From a virus, in the IMG/VR virus record IMGVR_UViG_3300002350_000001: 64,000 nucleotides of DNA; one strand, given 5' to 3'. This document shows, in pieces, positions 10,089 to 21,000 of the stretch. The notes below the pieces were generated by a model, which did no database searches, had not been told where the DNA came from, and saw only the letters and a list, made by a program, of their open reading frames with translations. Positions within the stretch are counted from its first letter, which is position 1. Every line of letters starts with the position of its first letter. A program made the position numbers and the translations under genes.

Positions 10089-10715
10089 TTATATAATAAT
10101 TTTATTAGCAGGCTTAGGCTCTGGTGCCCATTCATTATTTGTAAGCCCTGGCATTTGATGATAGTCAAAATCAATAATGACTTTATTTCCAGCATAGGTT
10201 CTGGCTGTTCCAAAGTCAATAATATCTCTTACCTCTTCTAGCTGATATACCTTGAAATTATGAAAGTAAAACATATTATTTATTGGGTTTTCATTTTCAT
10301 TAAGTCTAATTTGTCTATTAGAACACCAGTCGTTTACCTCTTCGGCAGACTCATCTCCACGATCTAGCAGTCTAAGAACCTCTTCAAGTACCTGAATCAT
10401 ATTTGGGACTGCATTTTCTTCTGTTGCATAAAAGTAATATAGGATTTGTTCACACTTAATATGAGGAAATGGCTTTCTTCTCATTCTAAACATTCTATCC
10501 CAAGTAGCCATTACACCCTCAAAGCCGTATTGTTGAACCTGTGATGGAGTAAGTGTATCTGGATTAATCAAAACAAAGTTTTCTGTTAAATCATCAATTG
10601 ACGATGGAACAGATGGAAAAAGCGGTACACCAATTCCAACAGTAGTAGCAAGCTTTGCCTGTAAATATTTGTTAACCCATAGTACTGGTGTATTCAGAGA
10701 TGTTGTATCTGCCAT
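10089..10715 (-). CDS. Tail terminator / tail completion protein (208 aa)
   Basis: Syntenic position immediately upstream of the tail tube gene. Confidence 0.55.
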   Translation of the reverse strand: MADTTSLNTPVLWVNKYLQAKLATTVGIGVPLFPSVPSSIDDLTENFVLINPDTLTPSQVQQYGFEGVMATWDRMFRMRRKPFPHIKCEQILYYFYATEENAVPNMIQVLEEVLRLLDRGDESAEEVNDWCSNRQIRLNENENPINNMFYFHNFKVYQLEEVRDIIDFGTARTYAGNKVIIDFDYHQMPGLTNNEWAPEPKPANKIII

Positions 10716-11392
10716 TATCTATTAACTCCTGCATTTGCTATCCATCTAAAACCTGTTTCAATGCCCTTTGATCTACCGCCCTTTTTTGCAGACCGCAGAT
10801 TCTTCTTATATAGTATAGGATTGTTTAAATAATCATATACGCCAGTTGATCTTAAAAATGCTTGTGTAAAATATTTACTAAAGAAACTATCAAAAACATC
10901 TTCAAATGATCCTTGTGTTTGTATTCCTCCAGGATTGTCTACGTACACTGGATTTTTTGTAAATACCGTTTCTCCATTTTCCTCAAATACAAGTACATCT
11001 GACTTAGATGGTCGAATAACAACTGGAATTCCCTGCTCCATAATTCTAGCCTTATCATAAAATGGAACATTAGATCCATTTTTGATAGATGTTGATTGTT
11101 TAAAAGTAGATATAAAAGATAGTCCAAGATTGCTTACTGTGTATTGAATATCAAATAATCTAGATCCAGAGTTTCCTACTCTATCCCATTCATAAATATG
11201 GTGAAGAGCATTTGGGTTCATTCTTGCATTAGCGTCTATATATTCTTCAAGAACCTCTTTTACCATACCGCCAATATTGTTTAAAAACACAGATTTTCCA
11301 GCTTTTACTCCATCAATGAACCCATAAGAATATTCTATAATATTGTTCATTTCTTTTTGAAATTGCTTGCTACTGATAGACATTTTAATCAT
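10715..11392 (-). CDS. Neck / tail completion protein, HK97 gp10-like position (225 aa)
   Basis: Synteny between head closure and terminator genes; basic C-terminus. Confidence 0.5.
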   Translation of the reverse strand: MIKMSISSKQFQKEMNNIIEYSYGFIDGVKAGKSVFLNNIGGMVKEVLEEYIDANARMNPNALHHIYEWDRVGNSGSRLFDIQYTVSNLGLSFISTFKQSTSIKNGSNVPFYDKARIMEQGIPVVIRPSKSDVLVFEENGETVFTKNPVYVDNPGGIQTQGSFEDVFDSFFSKYFTQAFLRSTGVYDYLNNPILYKKNLRSAKKGGRSKGIETGFRWIANAGVNR

Positions 11393-11838
11393 AGGTCGCT
11401 GGCCTGATTCTCTGATCTACGAACGATTAACTTATAGTATTCTATTGATCCAAATGGACCAACTACTGGCTCTTGTGTTGCTATTTCAAATATAGTAGAC
11501 TTTCCAGCTCTTGGGCCTGCTGTTTCTAAATAAATTGGGCTATCATTTTTAGTTCTAATATTAGTAATAATTATATTAGTTATTGCTTCCTTTGATTCGT
11601 GGGAAGAAATTCTAATATCCAATCTTGATCTTCCTATTAGTGATGATTCTTGATTAATTTTTACATTTGGTTTTACATCTTCTGCCCATGCAGTCCCAGC
11701 TACAGAAAAATCACAAGCAAAAGTTCTGTCTAAAACCCAAGTCTTTTTTAGGTTTCCATATGCCTGTTGCTCTACTATTGGATAGTATACATCTGCTTTA
11801 AGTGGATACATAAAGTCTGTGTCTTCACAGATTACCAT
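11389..11838 (-). CDS. Head closure (stopper) protein (149 aa)
   Basis: Beta-rich; KADVYYPIVEQ..YG...KTW pattern; follows the connector gene with overlapping stop/start. Confidence 0.6.
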   Translation of the reverse strand: MVICEDTDFMYPLKADVYYPIVEQQAYGNLKKTWVLDRTFACDFSVAGTAWAEDVKPNVKINQESSLIGRSRLDIRISSHESKEAITNIIITNIRTKNDSPIYLETAGPRAGKSTIFEIATQEPVVGPFGSIEYYKLIVRRSENQASDL

Positions 11839-12806
11839 TATAGTACTCCAGGTGTACCGAAGTTTGTTATATACTTTTCTAAAATTTTATCTACAACAAG
11901 ATTTCCAGTACCGCCAAAAGATTCTTTTTCAAATTCAATTCTAAATTGATCTGTTGAATATTTAGATACATATCTCTTGTGATAATCAAGCTTTCCACAT
12001 TTTAGATCTTCAATTAACATCATAACTGCATCTTTAATATCGTACGGAACTACCTTATACCCAGTTTCTAGTGAGAATAAATAGTTCCATCCCATTGGAA
12101 ATGTAACTCCTGGAGCAACTGCCAAAGTGTTTGGGCTGTCTTCTGTATCATATAAATACAAAGAATCTGAGTATGCCAAAGGAACTCCCTTGGGGTTTCC
12201 AGTCATTCTTATATATGAATCATCTTGCTGCACCCAGTCTTTAATGATAGATGTTTTATCTTTAGTAAGCAAATAATTCCATTGACCTATAGCTTGTGGA
12301 TCTTGACTATAATCCCAAACAAGTGAGTTATTTTCATATGCCTTTAAAATTTTGTATGTTCTATCCCATACTGGCATAAAGTCAGTATTGTTTCCTATTG
12401 TTTCATACCATGATCTTTCAAAATAAAAACCGCCAGGAACCATGGCATCTATTATTGCTCTTGCTAAACCTTCTAGTTGAACATATTCATTTTTTTCTGT
12501 TGCAGTAGTTCCAAGAGAGTATGGGTCAACATATGGCCTCATAATCTCAAGATTGTCCTCTACAACTATTTCTGACTGCTCACCATCAACATCATCGTAA
12601 ATTGCTAAATAGTATGATTCATCATATGTATTAAATAATGAAGGCAATGTATACTCTATCTTAGAGTCTGAGTTAGATGTTAAGTTTTCTTCTACCTCTA
12701 CAACGTTTCTAGAACTATCTTGAATAACAAGGATATAGTCACTATTTGCCTGTGGCACATCATAGGTAATTGAAAGCGGATATGGTGGTAAGCGCAAAAC
12801 CTGCAT
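11838..12806 (-). CDS. Head-tail connector (adaptor) with N-terminal extension (322 aa)
   Basis: C-terminal GYKVVPYDIKDAVMMLIEDL...VDKILEKY matches the gp15/gp6-type adaptor pattern. Confidence 0.7.
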   Translation of the reverse strand: MQVLRLPPYPLSITYDVPQANSDYILVIQDSSRNVVEVEENLTSNSDSKIEYTLPSLFNTYDESYYLAIYDDVDGEQSEIVVEDNLEIMRPYVDPYSLGTTATEKNEYVQLEGLARAIIDAMVPGGFYFERSWYETIGNNTDFMPVWDRTYKILKAYENNSLVWDYSQDPQAIGQWNYLLTKDKTSIIKDWVQQDDSYIRMTGNPKGVPLAYSDSLYLYDTEDSPNTLAVAPGVTFPMGWNYLFSLETGYKVVPYDIKDAVMMLIEDLKCGKLDYHKRYVSKYSTDQFRIEFEKESFGGTGNLVVDKILEKYITNFGTPGVL

Positions 12807-13162
12807 TATATTTTGCCGTAATGTTTAGCTACTTCAGCTGGAGATGCCTCACGGACACCTTTTTGCTTAAGCCACTTTACAGACTCCTCCTTTGTGACAA
12901 TGTTATACCCCTTTTCAAGGCTTCCCACGCCACTCCAATGAAGATTCTTTGCTGAAAACAAAGCTACTTTCTTTTTTGGAGACTCTTGTTCCTTTTTTGC
13001 TTTTGTTTTTTCTTCTGTAGGTACAAAAGGAAGTATTGCTTCTAATATCTCTACCTTAGTATTTGCACCGACAAGATCAATATGATTCTTTTTAGCATAT
13101 GCTCTTAATTGTGGAACTGTCTTTTTCTTAAATTCTTCTACTGCTTCTAATGTTGTTGTCAT
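12806..13162 (-). CDS. Small head-module protein with Rho-N/HeH-like helix-extension-helix motif
   Basis: KKKTVPQLRAYAKKNHIDLVGANTKVEILEAI; GGAGG RBS supports the ATG at 13162 (track starts at GTG 13174). Confidence 0.55.
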   Translation of the reverse strand: MTTTLEAVEEFKKKTVPQLRAYAKKNHIDLVGANTKVEILEAILPFVPTEEKTKAKKEQESPKKKVALFSAKNLHWSGVGSLEKGYNIVTKEESVKWLKQKGVREASPAEVAKHYGKI

Positions 13163-13195
13163 TTTTTCCTCCACTGCTATTATATCAGAATTACA

Positions 13196-13408
13196 TTATT
13201 TGTACAAACTTTGTGGCTTTCTAACTCCTGCTGGAGTTCCACTCATAATTATATTTTCTCCAAAATTTGCTGTAGGAATACATCCCATAGCAAATCTTTC
13301 TGTAATAATTCCATTAGGACCACTAATAACTGTTCCTATTCCACCAGCAGCTATTGTACCGTCACCACTATGCTGATGGTCTACTACTGGATTTCCTGGA
13401 TATGACAT
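13196..13408 (-). CDS. 70-aa paralog of the major capsid N-terminal arm; candidate capsid accessory protein
   Basis: YPGNPVVDHQHSGDGTIAAGGIG versus capsid YPGAPTVAHQHAGDGAFASGDIG; AGGAG RBS. Confidence 0.7.
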   Translation of the reverse strand: MSYPGNPVVDHQHSGDGTIAAGGIGTVISGPNGIITERFAMGCIPTANFGENIIMSGTPAGVRKPQSLYK

Positions 13409-13427
13409 ATTGTCTCCTAATGCGTAA

Positions 13428-13453
13428 GGAGGGCAGGTTTTACGCTGCCCTCC
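13428..13453. terminator. Stem-loop immediately after the major capsid gene
   Basis: GGAGGGCAG-gttttacg-CTGCCCTCC, 9-bp perfect stem; no clear U-tract on the minus strand. Confidence 0.55.
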
Positions 13454-13474
13454 CTACAAAATAGTTTTTACAAA

Positions 13475-14614
13475 CTATGCGGTTGGGTCAACTGCTGCAT
13501 CTGCATAAGCAACTGCATCAAGTTCTTCCCACTGAATACCAAAGCGGACGAATACTGTGTATTCAATTGTATCCTTCTTTGGCTTGTATTCACGGTTTAC
13601 AGTGATATCACGCTGGAAGCCCCATACACGGTTTGCAGGGAATGTCAAATCGACATAATCTGCTGGGTAATAAGGAACTTCTTGTACATCAATTCCGAGA
13701 ACACGAGTTGTACGTGCTCCACCGAATGTCTGACCAACGCCATCAAGATATGACTGACGATTGCGCTCTGTACCACCAGTACGTGGTGCAAATGCTTCAG
13801 CAATAGCGTCAGCAAGTGTACCGTTGTTCTTAACGATACCCTGGAATGCATCTGTACCAGCATAGAACTTTAGGTTCTGCTTTAGTGCACGATACTTACG
13901 TGGCATTGCAAGGATAATATCCTGCATTACTTCTGTTGTCCAGTTGTCATCGCTTACTGTAACAAGTGCTTCGTGAGCATCTGATCCAGTTGTAACCTTG
14001 TTAACGAAACCTTCCATAATTGAAAGGAATGGTGAAGTTGTACCATCGCCATTAATAGCTAGGTCTTCAATATCATTAGCAAATGCATTGGTCATCAAGC
14101 GAACTAGATGATCTTCCAACGCACCTCCTTCAATATTGTCTTCAAGTGCTTCAGTTGAAACTTCCCAGTCAAGACGAATCTTCTTTGTAGTCAATTCAAC
14201 CTTTGAGAATGTTGCACCTGCGTTTGTGTAGTCGTTGCTTGCCTGTGCAGCAGCACGGATTACACGCTCACCAACGTTAACTTTTTCAAGTTCCATTGTA
14301 TTTGCTCGCATAGTAACTCTACGACCATCTTTGGCGAGAACTGTTGCATCCCACACATAGTCGATGAAGCGGCGAGCCTGCTCTGGAAGTAGTATACCGC
14401 CTGGAGTACCAGTTGGATTAACTGCGTTTGGTCCTGCGGTTGTACCCCATGCAGGGGTTGCAATGTTACCTAGGTTTGCACCAATATCATTTGATGTAGG
14501 GCTTGTAGCCGTAGCACCTCCGATATCACCTGAAGCAAAAGCACCATCACCTGCGTGTTGGTGTGCTACGGTTGGAGCACCTGGATAATTTTTTACGATT
14601 TCTTGTTCCGACAT
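13475..14614 (-). CDS. Major capsid protein, HK97 fold (about 379 aa)
   Basis: GGILLPEQARRFIDYVWDATVL...EALEDNIEGGALEDHLVRLMTNAFANDIEDLAINGDG; AGGAGGTG RBS before ATG 14614; downstream of the protease. Confidence 0.92.
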   Translation of the reverse strand: MSEQEIVKNYPGAPTVAHQHAGDGAFASGDIGGATATSPTSNDIGANLGNIATPAWGTTAGPNAVNPTGTPGGILLPEQARRFIDYVWDATVLAKDGRRVTMRANTMELEKVNVGERVIRAAAQASNDYTNAGATFSKVELTTKKIRLDWEVSTEALEDNIEGGALEDHLVRLMTNAFANDIEDLAINGDGTTSPFLSIMEGFVNKVTTGSDAHEALVTVSDDNWTTEVMQDIILAMPRKYRALKQNLKFYAGTDAFQGIVKNNGTLADAIAEAFAPRTGGTERNRQSYLDGVGQTFGGARTTRVLGIDVQEVPYYPADYVDLTFPANRVWGFQRDITVNREYKPKKDTIEYTVFVRFGIQWEELDAVAYADAAVDPTA

Positions 14615-14641
14615 ATTGTTCACCTCCTAGTGAATATTACC

Positions 14642-15970
14642 TTATTTAAATAGGTCGGCATTTGTGAGGAAACGGCCGCCCCATAGGGATTTTTGAGTTC
14701 TCGTTTCTGAAAACTCCTGCACGATCTCGCCTAGATCGCCAGACTTGCGGAAAGCTGTATCTTTTTCTACAAGATCAACTCGCTTTCCAAACTCATTAAA
14801 AGAACCCTTTACTTGGCTAACCTCACTTGCTACAGACTTTACTTCACCTGTAACGGTTTCAAGGGACTTTGTTATTGCATCAACATTGGCTTGCATAGCC
14901 TTAACTGTTTCTGCAAGATTGCTCAAGGCATTAGTTAGAGAATTATTAATATCGGCAACAGACTTTGCAATCTCTGCTGTTGCATCAACAACTGCATCTA
15001 CTGACTTTTCTGCTGCTTCTTCAGCAACTGGAGCATCTGCAAATGGTGCATCTACTTCTGGTGCTGCCTCTACCGCTGGCTCTGCTGCAGGTGCTTCTTC
15101 CGCAGGAACTTCTGCTGGAACATCTGCTACAGCGTCTGCTGGAGCCTCTGGAGCAACCTCAACATTTTCAACAACTTCGTCAGACTTTGCAATCTCTACA
15201 TTATCTACGATTGTGGTTTCTTCTGTCATAGGATTTTCCTCCTTTGTCATCTTAATTGTTCTAATGCCTTTTGCACTATCAACTAAGAACTTTACTGTTT
15301 TTATATCTTCTTGATCTTCAACAAATCCAATATTCTTCATAGAAGAATTACAAGATGGACAACTTTCATCTGCATCTTTTGATAAACGAACAATGTCATC
15401 CGTACCGCACCAATAAACTGTATCAACTACAGCTTTTGCAAGATATCCACCAAGCTGACCCTTTTCAATTGAGATAACATTAGCAAATTGATTTGCTGGA
15501 TTGTCTACAAGAGAAAGTTCATGTAAGTCGTATTCTTTAATTATACGCACTGATTTATCAACTTTTTCATCGTACATATCTTCAGTTTTTGTTATATTGC
15601 CACCGATAGAAAAACCAGTTAGTGTGCCGTCAAGAACTTTTTCCCAAGTATCTTGTGCACCTTTTGAAACATATGCAGAGACGTATACACCACTATAAAA
15701 CTTTTTATCTTTTGGGTCAAAATAACGATCTTCTTTAAAAGAAACAACCTTTCCTACAGCGCTAGGCTGATGCATTTCACGAAGATTTCCACGGAATTTT
15801 TTAAATGCCTCTATACTTGCTTCTGTGGTAACAATGTCACCCTGCTTATCTACATTATCTAAAGTAGCAAAGCCAGAAACAATGCGGCGTTCTTGATCTA
15901 CCTTGCCAATTGGCATAGAGAAGCGAACGTTGTCACCATCAGTAATCCAGTGTGCTTTATTTATAGTCAT
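14642..15970 (-). CDS. Prohead protease (HK97-type) fused to a Zn-ribbon, acidic linker and scaffold-like coil (442 aa)
   Basis: RIVSGFATLDNVDKQGD...LREMHQ...GFSIGG...LHELSLVDNPANQ protease motifs; WCGTDD...CPSC; Ala/Glu/Pro-rich linker; heptad C-terminus. Confidence 0.88.
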   Translation of the reverse strand: MTINKAHWITDGDNVRFSMPIGKVDQERRIVSGFATLDNVDKQGDIVTTEASIEAFKKFRGNLREMHQPSAVGKVVSFKEDRYFDPKDKKFYSGVYVSAYVSKGAQDTWEKVLDGTLTGFSIGGNITKTEDMYDEKVDKSVRIIKEYDLHELSLVDNPANQFANVISIEKGQLGGYLAKAVVDTVYWCGTDDIVRLSKDADESCPSCNSSMKNIGFVEDQEDIKTVKFLVDSAKGIRTIKMTKEENPMTEETTIVDNVEIAKSDEVVENVEVAPEAPADAVADVPAEVPAEEAPAAEPAVEAAPEVDAPFADAPVAEEAAEKSVDAVVDATAEIAKSVADINNSLTNALSNLAETVKAMQANVDAITKSLETVTGEVKSVASEVSQVKGSFNEFGKRVDLVEKDTAFRKSGDLGEIVQEFSETRTQKSLWGGRFLTNADLFK

Positions 15971-16010
15971 GGCAGTATTATTATATCATTTGTTTATAAT
16001 AGTTTCTCAA

Positions 16011-17654
16011 CTATTGAGATGATCTTCCCTCACCTTGTGGATTTCTTCCAGAAATAGTAGTAGGGGAATCTGAAGCATTATTTGTTCTCTCTGCGTCTCT
16101 TTCTCTGGTGCCAGCTAAGTTTGCTCTGGCATCAGTGGCTTGTCGTGGAGACATTATAAAAGGGCTATCACCATCTGGGCGTTGTGACATATTAAGCATT
16201 TCACGAGCCTCATTAGGGGTGATAACCTGGGTTTTTACATAGCGCTCAATAATCTGAGACTGTGCAATTTCATCTGTTAGAGTCAATTCATTAAACTTTA
16301 ACTCTAAAATATCAGTCTTTTCTTTAATAATCTTATTTACAATTTTCTCTAAATGACGTTGAGCTGGGCGAGATACCTGCTCTTTAAATGTTCTGTCTTG
16401 AGAAAGAGCTGCAGCAATAGCAGCAGAATCAGATCCACCTAGTTTGGAAATAGGGACTTGATGGGCTATTAAAATCTCATCACGGTTTTGTTTACGATAT
16501 TTTTCAAACGATCCTTCTTGAACGCCACTTTCAATAGGCTGCATATTGAAATCAACTTTATTATTATCAGTGTCTCCAGGAAGAGGTATATAGAGGGTTC
16601 TATGATTCTGACCCTTTAAGCTAGTCTGCATAAACCTAAACATCTTGTCTTCTGCATCAGCAGATAGCTTTGCACCTTTAACAGTAATTATATATCTTGG
16701 CACCGCTTTATTTTGGAAATAATCAATATTGTATTGTGCTGCTAAAGAGTCTCCTATTAAAGCAGAAATTGCAGACAAAACATCTGGAACACCGTAATAT
16801 GTATTTAATGGAGAATACTGCTTAAAATGCAAGATTTCATTTGGTCTTGGATCGGATGTAAGTGGGTTATTGTTTGTAGCTCCAAAATTTCTAAAATATA
16901 CTAACTTCTGTCCAATAATTTGTACATATCCGTCACGTAAACGTCGAACACGAATTGTTGTTGCTGGTATATGCCCAACATATCCAATTTCTCCAGTTAC
17001 CGTTCTACCAATTTCAAGGAATCCATTTCCAGTTGCCTGTACGTCGGTATAAAACTTTTCCATTGTTTGCTGAAATGTGTCTTCATCATTAAGAGATTCT
17101 AGCCAATCACGAACCTCTAACTTCATTCTTTCAATACGGCGACGAGCACGATCTACTTGTTCTGCATCATCATTCATTTCAAATCTAAGCATTGTACGAT
17201 CTGTTAAATCAAATTTATATCCAAGTCCTACAACGTTTTCCACTTTAGCATCAATAGCAGCATGATTAGCAAAAGAAGTATCATAATAGCTTGCTAATTC
17301 ATATGTGTTATACGGTGGTGTAATTACGTCAAATAGACCGTATCCATTTCTATATACCGTTCCAGGATTTATCTGTTTTGACTGAGCTCCGTCTTGACCG
17401 CTTTGAAATGCTCCAGCATTTTCTAAATATCTTGGAGTTGGCTCTACTGCTGGATATCTTGGGCTGTAGACATCTGATGGAGGAACATATTTTGAAATAT
17501 TTCTTGTTGTCCTACGCTTAAAGTTTGTATCTATTCCAGAAAGATCTTTTAATTGATCCCAGGACTTTAAAAATGGATCTTTTTCTTTAAAAGTATTTTC
17601 ATCATGATACTCTGTATTTAAACTTGCTTGAATATATTCAAAATCTTCACTCAT
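16011..17654 (-). CDS. Portal protein (about 547 aa)
   Basis: HAAIDAKVENVVGLGY, GNGFLEI.R, NEILHFKQYSPLNTYYGVPD, YNIDYFQNKAVP, ILIAHQVP, TPNEAREML. ATG 17654 overlaps the upstream stop (track start 17675). Confidence 0.92.
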   Translation of the reverse strand: MSEDFEYIQASLNTEYHDENTFKEKDPFLKSWDQLKDLSGIDTNFKRRTTRNISKYVPPSDVYSPRYPAVEPTPRYLENAGAFQSGQDGAQSKQINPGTVYRNGYGLFDVITPPYNTYELASYYDTSFANHAAIDAKVENVVGLGYKFDLTDRTMLRFEMNDDAEQVDRARRRIERMKLEVRDWLESLNDEDTFQQTMEKFYTDVQATGNGFLEIGRTVTGEIGYVGHIPATTIRVRRLRDGYVQIIGQKLVYFRNFGATNNNPLTSDPRPNEILHFKQYSPLNTYYGVPDVLSAISALIGDSLAAQYNIDYFQNKAVPRYIITVKGAKLSADAEDKMFRFMQTSLKGQNHRTLYIPLPGDTDNNKVDFNMQPIESGVQEGSFEKYRKQNRDEILIAHQVPISKLGGSDSAAIAAALSQDRTFKEQVSRPAQRHLEKIVNKIIKEKTDILELKFNELTLTDEIAQSQIIERYVKTQVITPNEAREMLNMSQRPDGDSPFIMSPRQATDARANLAGTRERDAERTNNASDSPTTISGRNPQGEGRSSQ

Positions 17655-18045
17655 TCTCGTACGCATCTCTTCCATGTTTATTTAATGTATCTTGTGCAGC
17701 CTTCCAAGCTCCAAGATCGTTCATAGATGGAATAAGCCCTTGCTTCATTCTATCTAACTGCTCAGAATGCTCTTCTTCTGAAATTCTTGTTAGGCCAGGA
17801 ATAAATACTGCCTCTCCTTCACCATCATCACCATAATACTTTGCTGCATTCTTAAGTTTGGTAATCTGTGCTATATCTCCACGTACAGATTCAATATTTA
17901 GTACGCTACCTTCTCCATCAGTGAACCATTTTCCATCTGATTTCTTATAAACATATAGACCCCAGTTATATTTTTTTTCAATTACCTGACGACGCACATT
18001 TTTGACAAGTGGTTTACCAGTTTTTTGACTAATTAAAGGATTCAT
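17647..18045 (-). CDS. Hypothetical protein (132 aa), first gene of the portal operon
   Basis: ORF with a leaderless TGGTATACT promoter 7 nt upstream of the ATG. Confidence 0.7.
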   Translation of the reverse strand: MNPLISQKTGKPLVKNVRRQVIEKKYNWGLYVYKKSDGKWFTDGEGSVLNIESVRGDIAQITKLKNAAKYYGDDGEGEAVFIPGLTRISEEEHSEQLDRMKQGLIPSMNDLGAWKAAQDTLNKHGRDAYENE

Positions 18046-18063
18046 GTACTAAAGTATACCAGA

Positions 18064-21000
18064 CTATACTGGTGTACCCACCCTTATAGTCCAAGTTGTT
18101 TGACTATATACCTTTATTTTATCTGCATCTACCATAAGTCCCTCGTCATCATCAATTATTATTTTGTTTGTTCCAACATAAGATTTATATACGTCGGACG
18201 GATTTACACCATATAGCTCTGAGGCAGATATTATTAAAACACCTTCCCATGTATAGTTATTTAGCCAATATACCCACTCATATTGAGATAAACCATCTTC
18301 TTTTACTCTAGCCCATGGTCTATTTATTGTACTTTGAACCTGCTGCAAGCTATTGGCTTGATAATACGCAATATTATTAAATACTATAGGGCCATTAAGA
18401 TTAAGTGATCCAAGATATGAGTCAAACACGAGAGATGTTGAAAACGCTACTCCAAGAACTCCCCACTCTTTTACTGTAATTACTGGCTCACGAACTATTG
18501 CCCCATTCCAATAATACGATATTCCATTTGATGGTAATCCAGTTGACTTATTAATTGCATATACTGTTGCTCTGTCTGCTGAATCACTGTTTGGCTGCAT
18601 ATAAAACTCAATAGTGTCGCCTTTATAATCTATTTCAAATAATTTAACAGAGTCACCTGGAAATTCATCATTATCACACCTCATCCATAGTTGGATAGCG
18701 CTTATTCTATAGTTGTTTGATAAATTTGAATTAATGGGCATTGATATTCCACGATCTATAAGTGGACTATAATCTCCTCTTACCTCTATACCAGATGTTC
18801 TAGTTAGATATAGGTATGGGGTGCTTCCTTTATAAATACTAAATGGATTTTTTGCTTTATAGTCATAATAAAATCCAGACCTTGTGTAGGGAAATAAATT
18901 AGATCCAAATCTTGTGCCAACTGGAGTAGCGGAGCTATTACTTAATGCTTGAGATGTTATCTCTAGTTTTTTAAGATTTATAGGTTTACTTAAAATTCCA
19001 CGAATATTAAAATCTAGATGATACACCAATGCCATCTTGTTAAAATCAATACCCACGCCTGGATAAATTATTGTGTTATCAACAACCTCAAACTTTGTTG
19101 ATTCCCAATTTGGAAAATCTGATACATTGATAACAGAAGATAGCGATGCTGGCTCTATATTTGCAAAATAAGACTCTGGAGCATTTGCTCCATCTTTAAT
19201 ATACTGAATGCTTATATAGCTACGTATTGATGCATCTTGTGTGTCGTATTGATAAAAACTAATAGCATTTTCACTCATGTCTTGATAATCGTCCCAGCCA
19301 GTTAAAAGCTTATTATCTAAATCTGCGTATGGTTTAACTGGACTAGAAGAATATTCTGCTTTTAATTCATTATACGTCCATGTAGTTGTTTGCTCTACTT
19401 CAGAAACTGAAGCTGGTTTTGGATAGTTAATATTAAACTGCAAAAAATCTAAATCATAATATGTGTTTCCAACATCGTTTGTCACATACTGGCCAAAATA
19501 TGAAAGTGGCAAATAGTCTTCCCATGATCCAGCCACGCCTATGTCTAAAAAGTATGTTCCATAGGCTTCTGTTGGCAACAATGTATAGCTAGCAGTGTGC
19601 TGTAATAACTCTATTGCATTTAATGATTCTTCACTACCAGTTGCTAGGTAGCTATCCAAAATAACAAATCCATCAGAATCAAAATTATTTTTTATCTTAT
19701 CATAGTTGTATGATGTACATAATCCAACAGAGTATATTTTTCCAGTAAATTGCCTGTCTCCAATATTATCGCCAGCAATATAAATATTTAATCCGTTTTG
19801 ATTTCCAAAAAATGCAGAAACATATCCACCAAATTTTTGTGAAATTGTGGAAACATTAACTCCTACAGCAAACTTTTCATCTTCAACTATAATATCTGTT
19901 CTATAGATTTCTTGATTATTTCCATTATAATTTATAGAATAAACTATCTCGTCTAAATCTTTGTATATAATAAAATAGTTTCCTGTTATAGAGCTATATA
20001 TTTTAAACAATATCTCTGTTGTTAATAAATTATCTGATGAAAATACTCCATAGAGTGCAGATATAGGTGAACCTAAAATGTTAAACTTATTAAAATTAAA
20101 ATAACAATTATCTGAATTCCAAGAGCTATTAGGCCTAAATGTAATAAACCTGTAATCTAAAGAGTTTTGCTCTAATAAGTTATCTTCATACAAATCATCT
20201 AATGTTTTTGTATTTAAAACTATATCTGGCAAAGAGTATTGTGGTGTTGATAAAAATAAACCAGTTGCATTTAAATTATCAAAGGTTCCTTGTTCCCATG
20301 TTCCAATATCTGGATAAATATAATTATTTGTGTAATCAGAAAATGGATAATCTATAAAAGCTGATGTTCCTCCGTACCCAGAGTTAATTCCTTCTGGAGA
20401 AAGAACTCCTTGCCCGTATACCCATCTTCTTTTTGCCACATTGTTAGCAACTGAATACGGATAAATTGCAATACAATCAATTTCTATTGGAGTAATGTCT
20501 TGGTATGAATAAAATCCAAGCCAGTCCTGGTCGTCTCCGTATTCATTTAGTTTTTCTGGCAAAGTCAAGCTTGATGTCATAATATTTAGGTTGATTATTT
20601 CTTCACCATTAAGAAGAACGGTGGCAGAGTTACGAATAACTCTGACATGAATCAGCATTGGTCTAAACCATTCACCAACAAAGTATGAAGAAAATTGTTT
20701 TCCAATAACTAATGTTAAAAATCCAGACTCTACGTATAATCCATCGGAAGATCCTATTGGACCAAATATTTTTCTTGCTTCATATGCACTAGAATTAATT
20801 CTAATCCAAAACTCAACAGTATATTCTTTATACTGACCATCTTTATTTAAAAATCCATAACCTGGAACTATTAGCGAAGGCTCTTGTAAATTTTCACTAT
20901 TTGGCCTTAGTCTTGTAATATTGGATCCACCGTATACCATCGGTAATCCTGTATTTCTTGCTTTAAGACTATTGCTATCAACAAGATAATATCCAACATC

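Noticed and set aside
14364-15698. Plus-strand ORFs 14364, 14745, 14965 and 15501
   Set aside because: Antisense shadows of low-complexity capsid and scaffold sequence.
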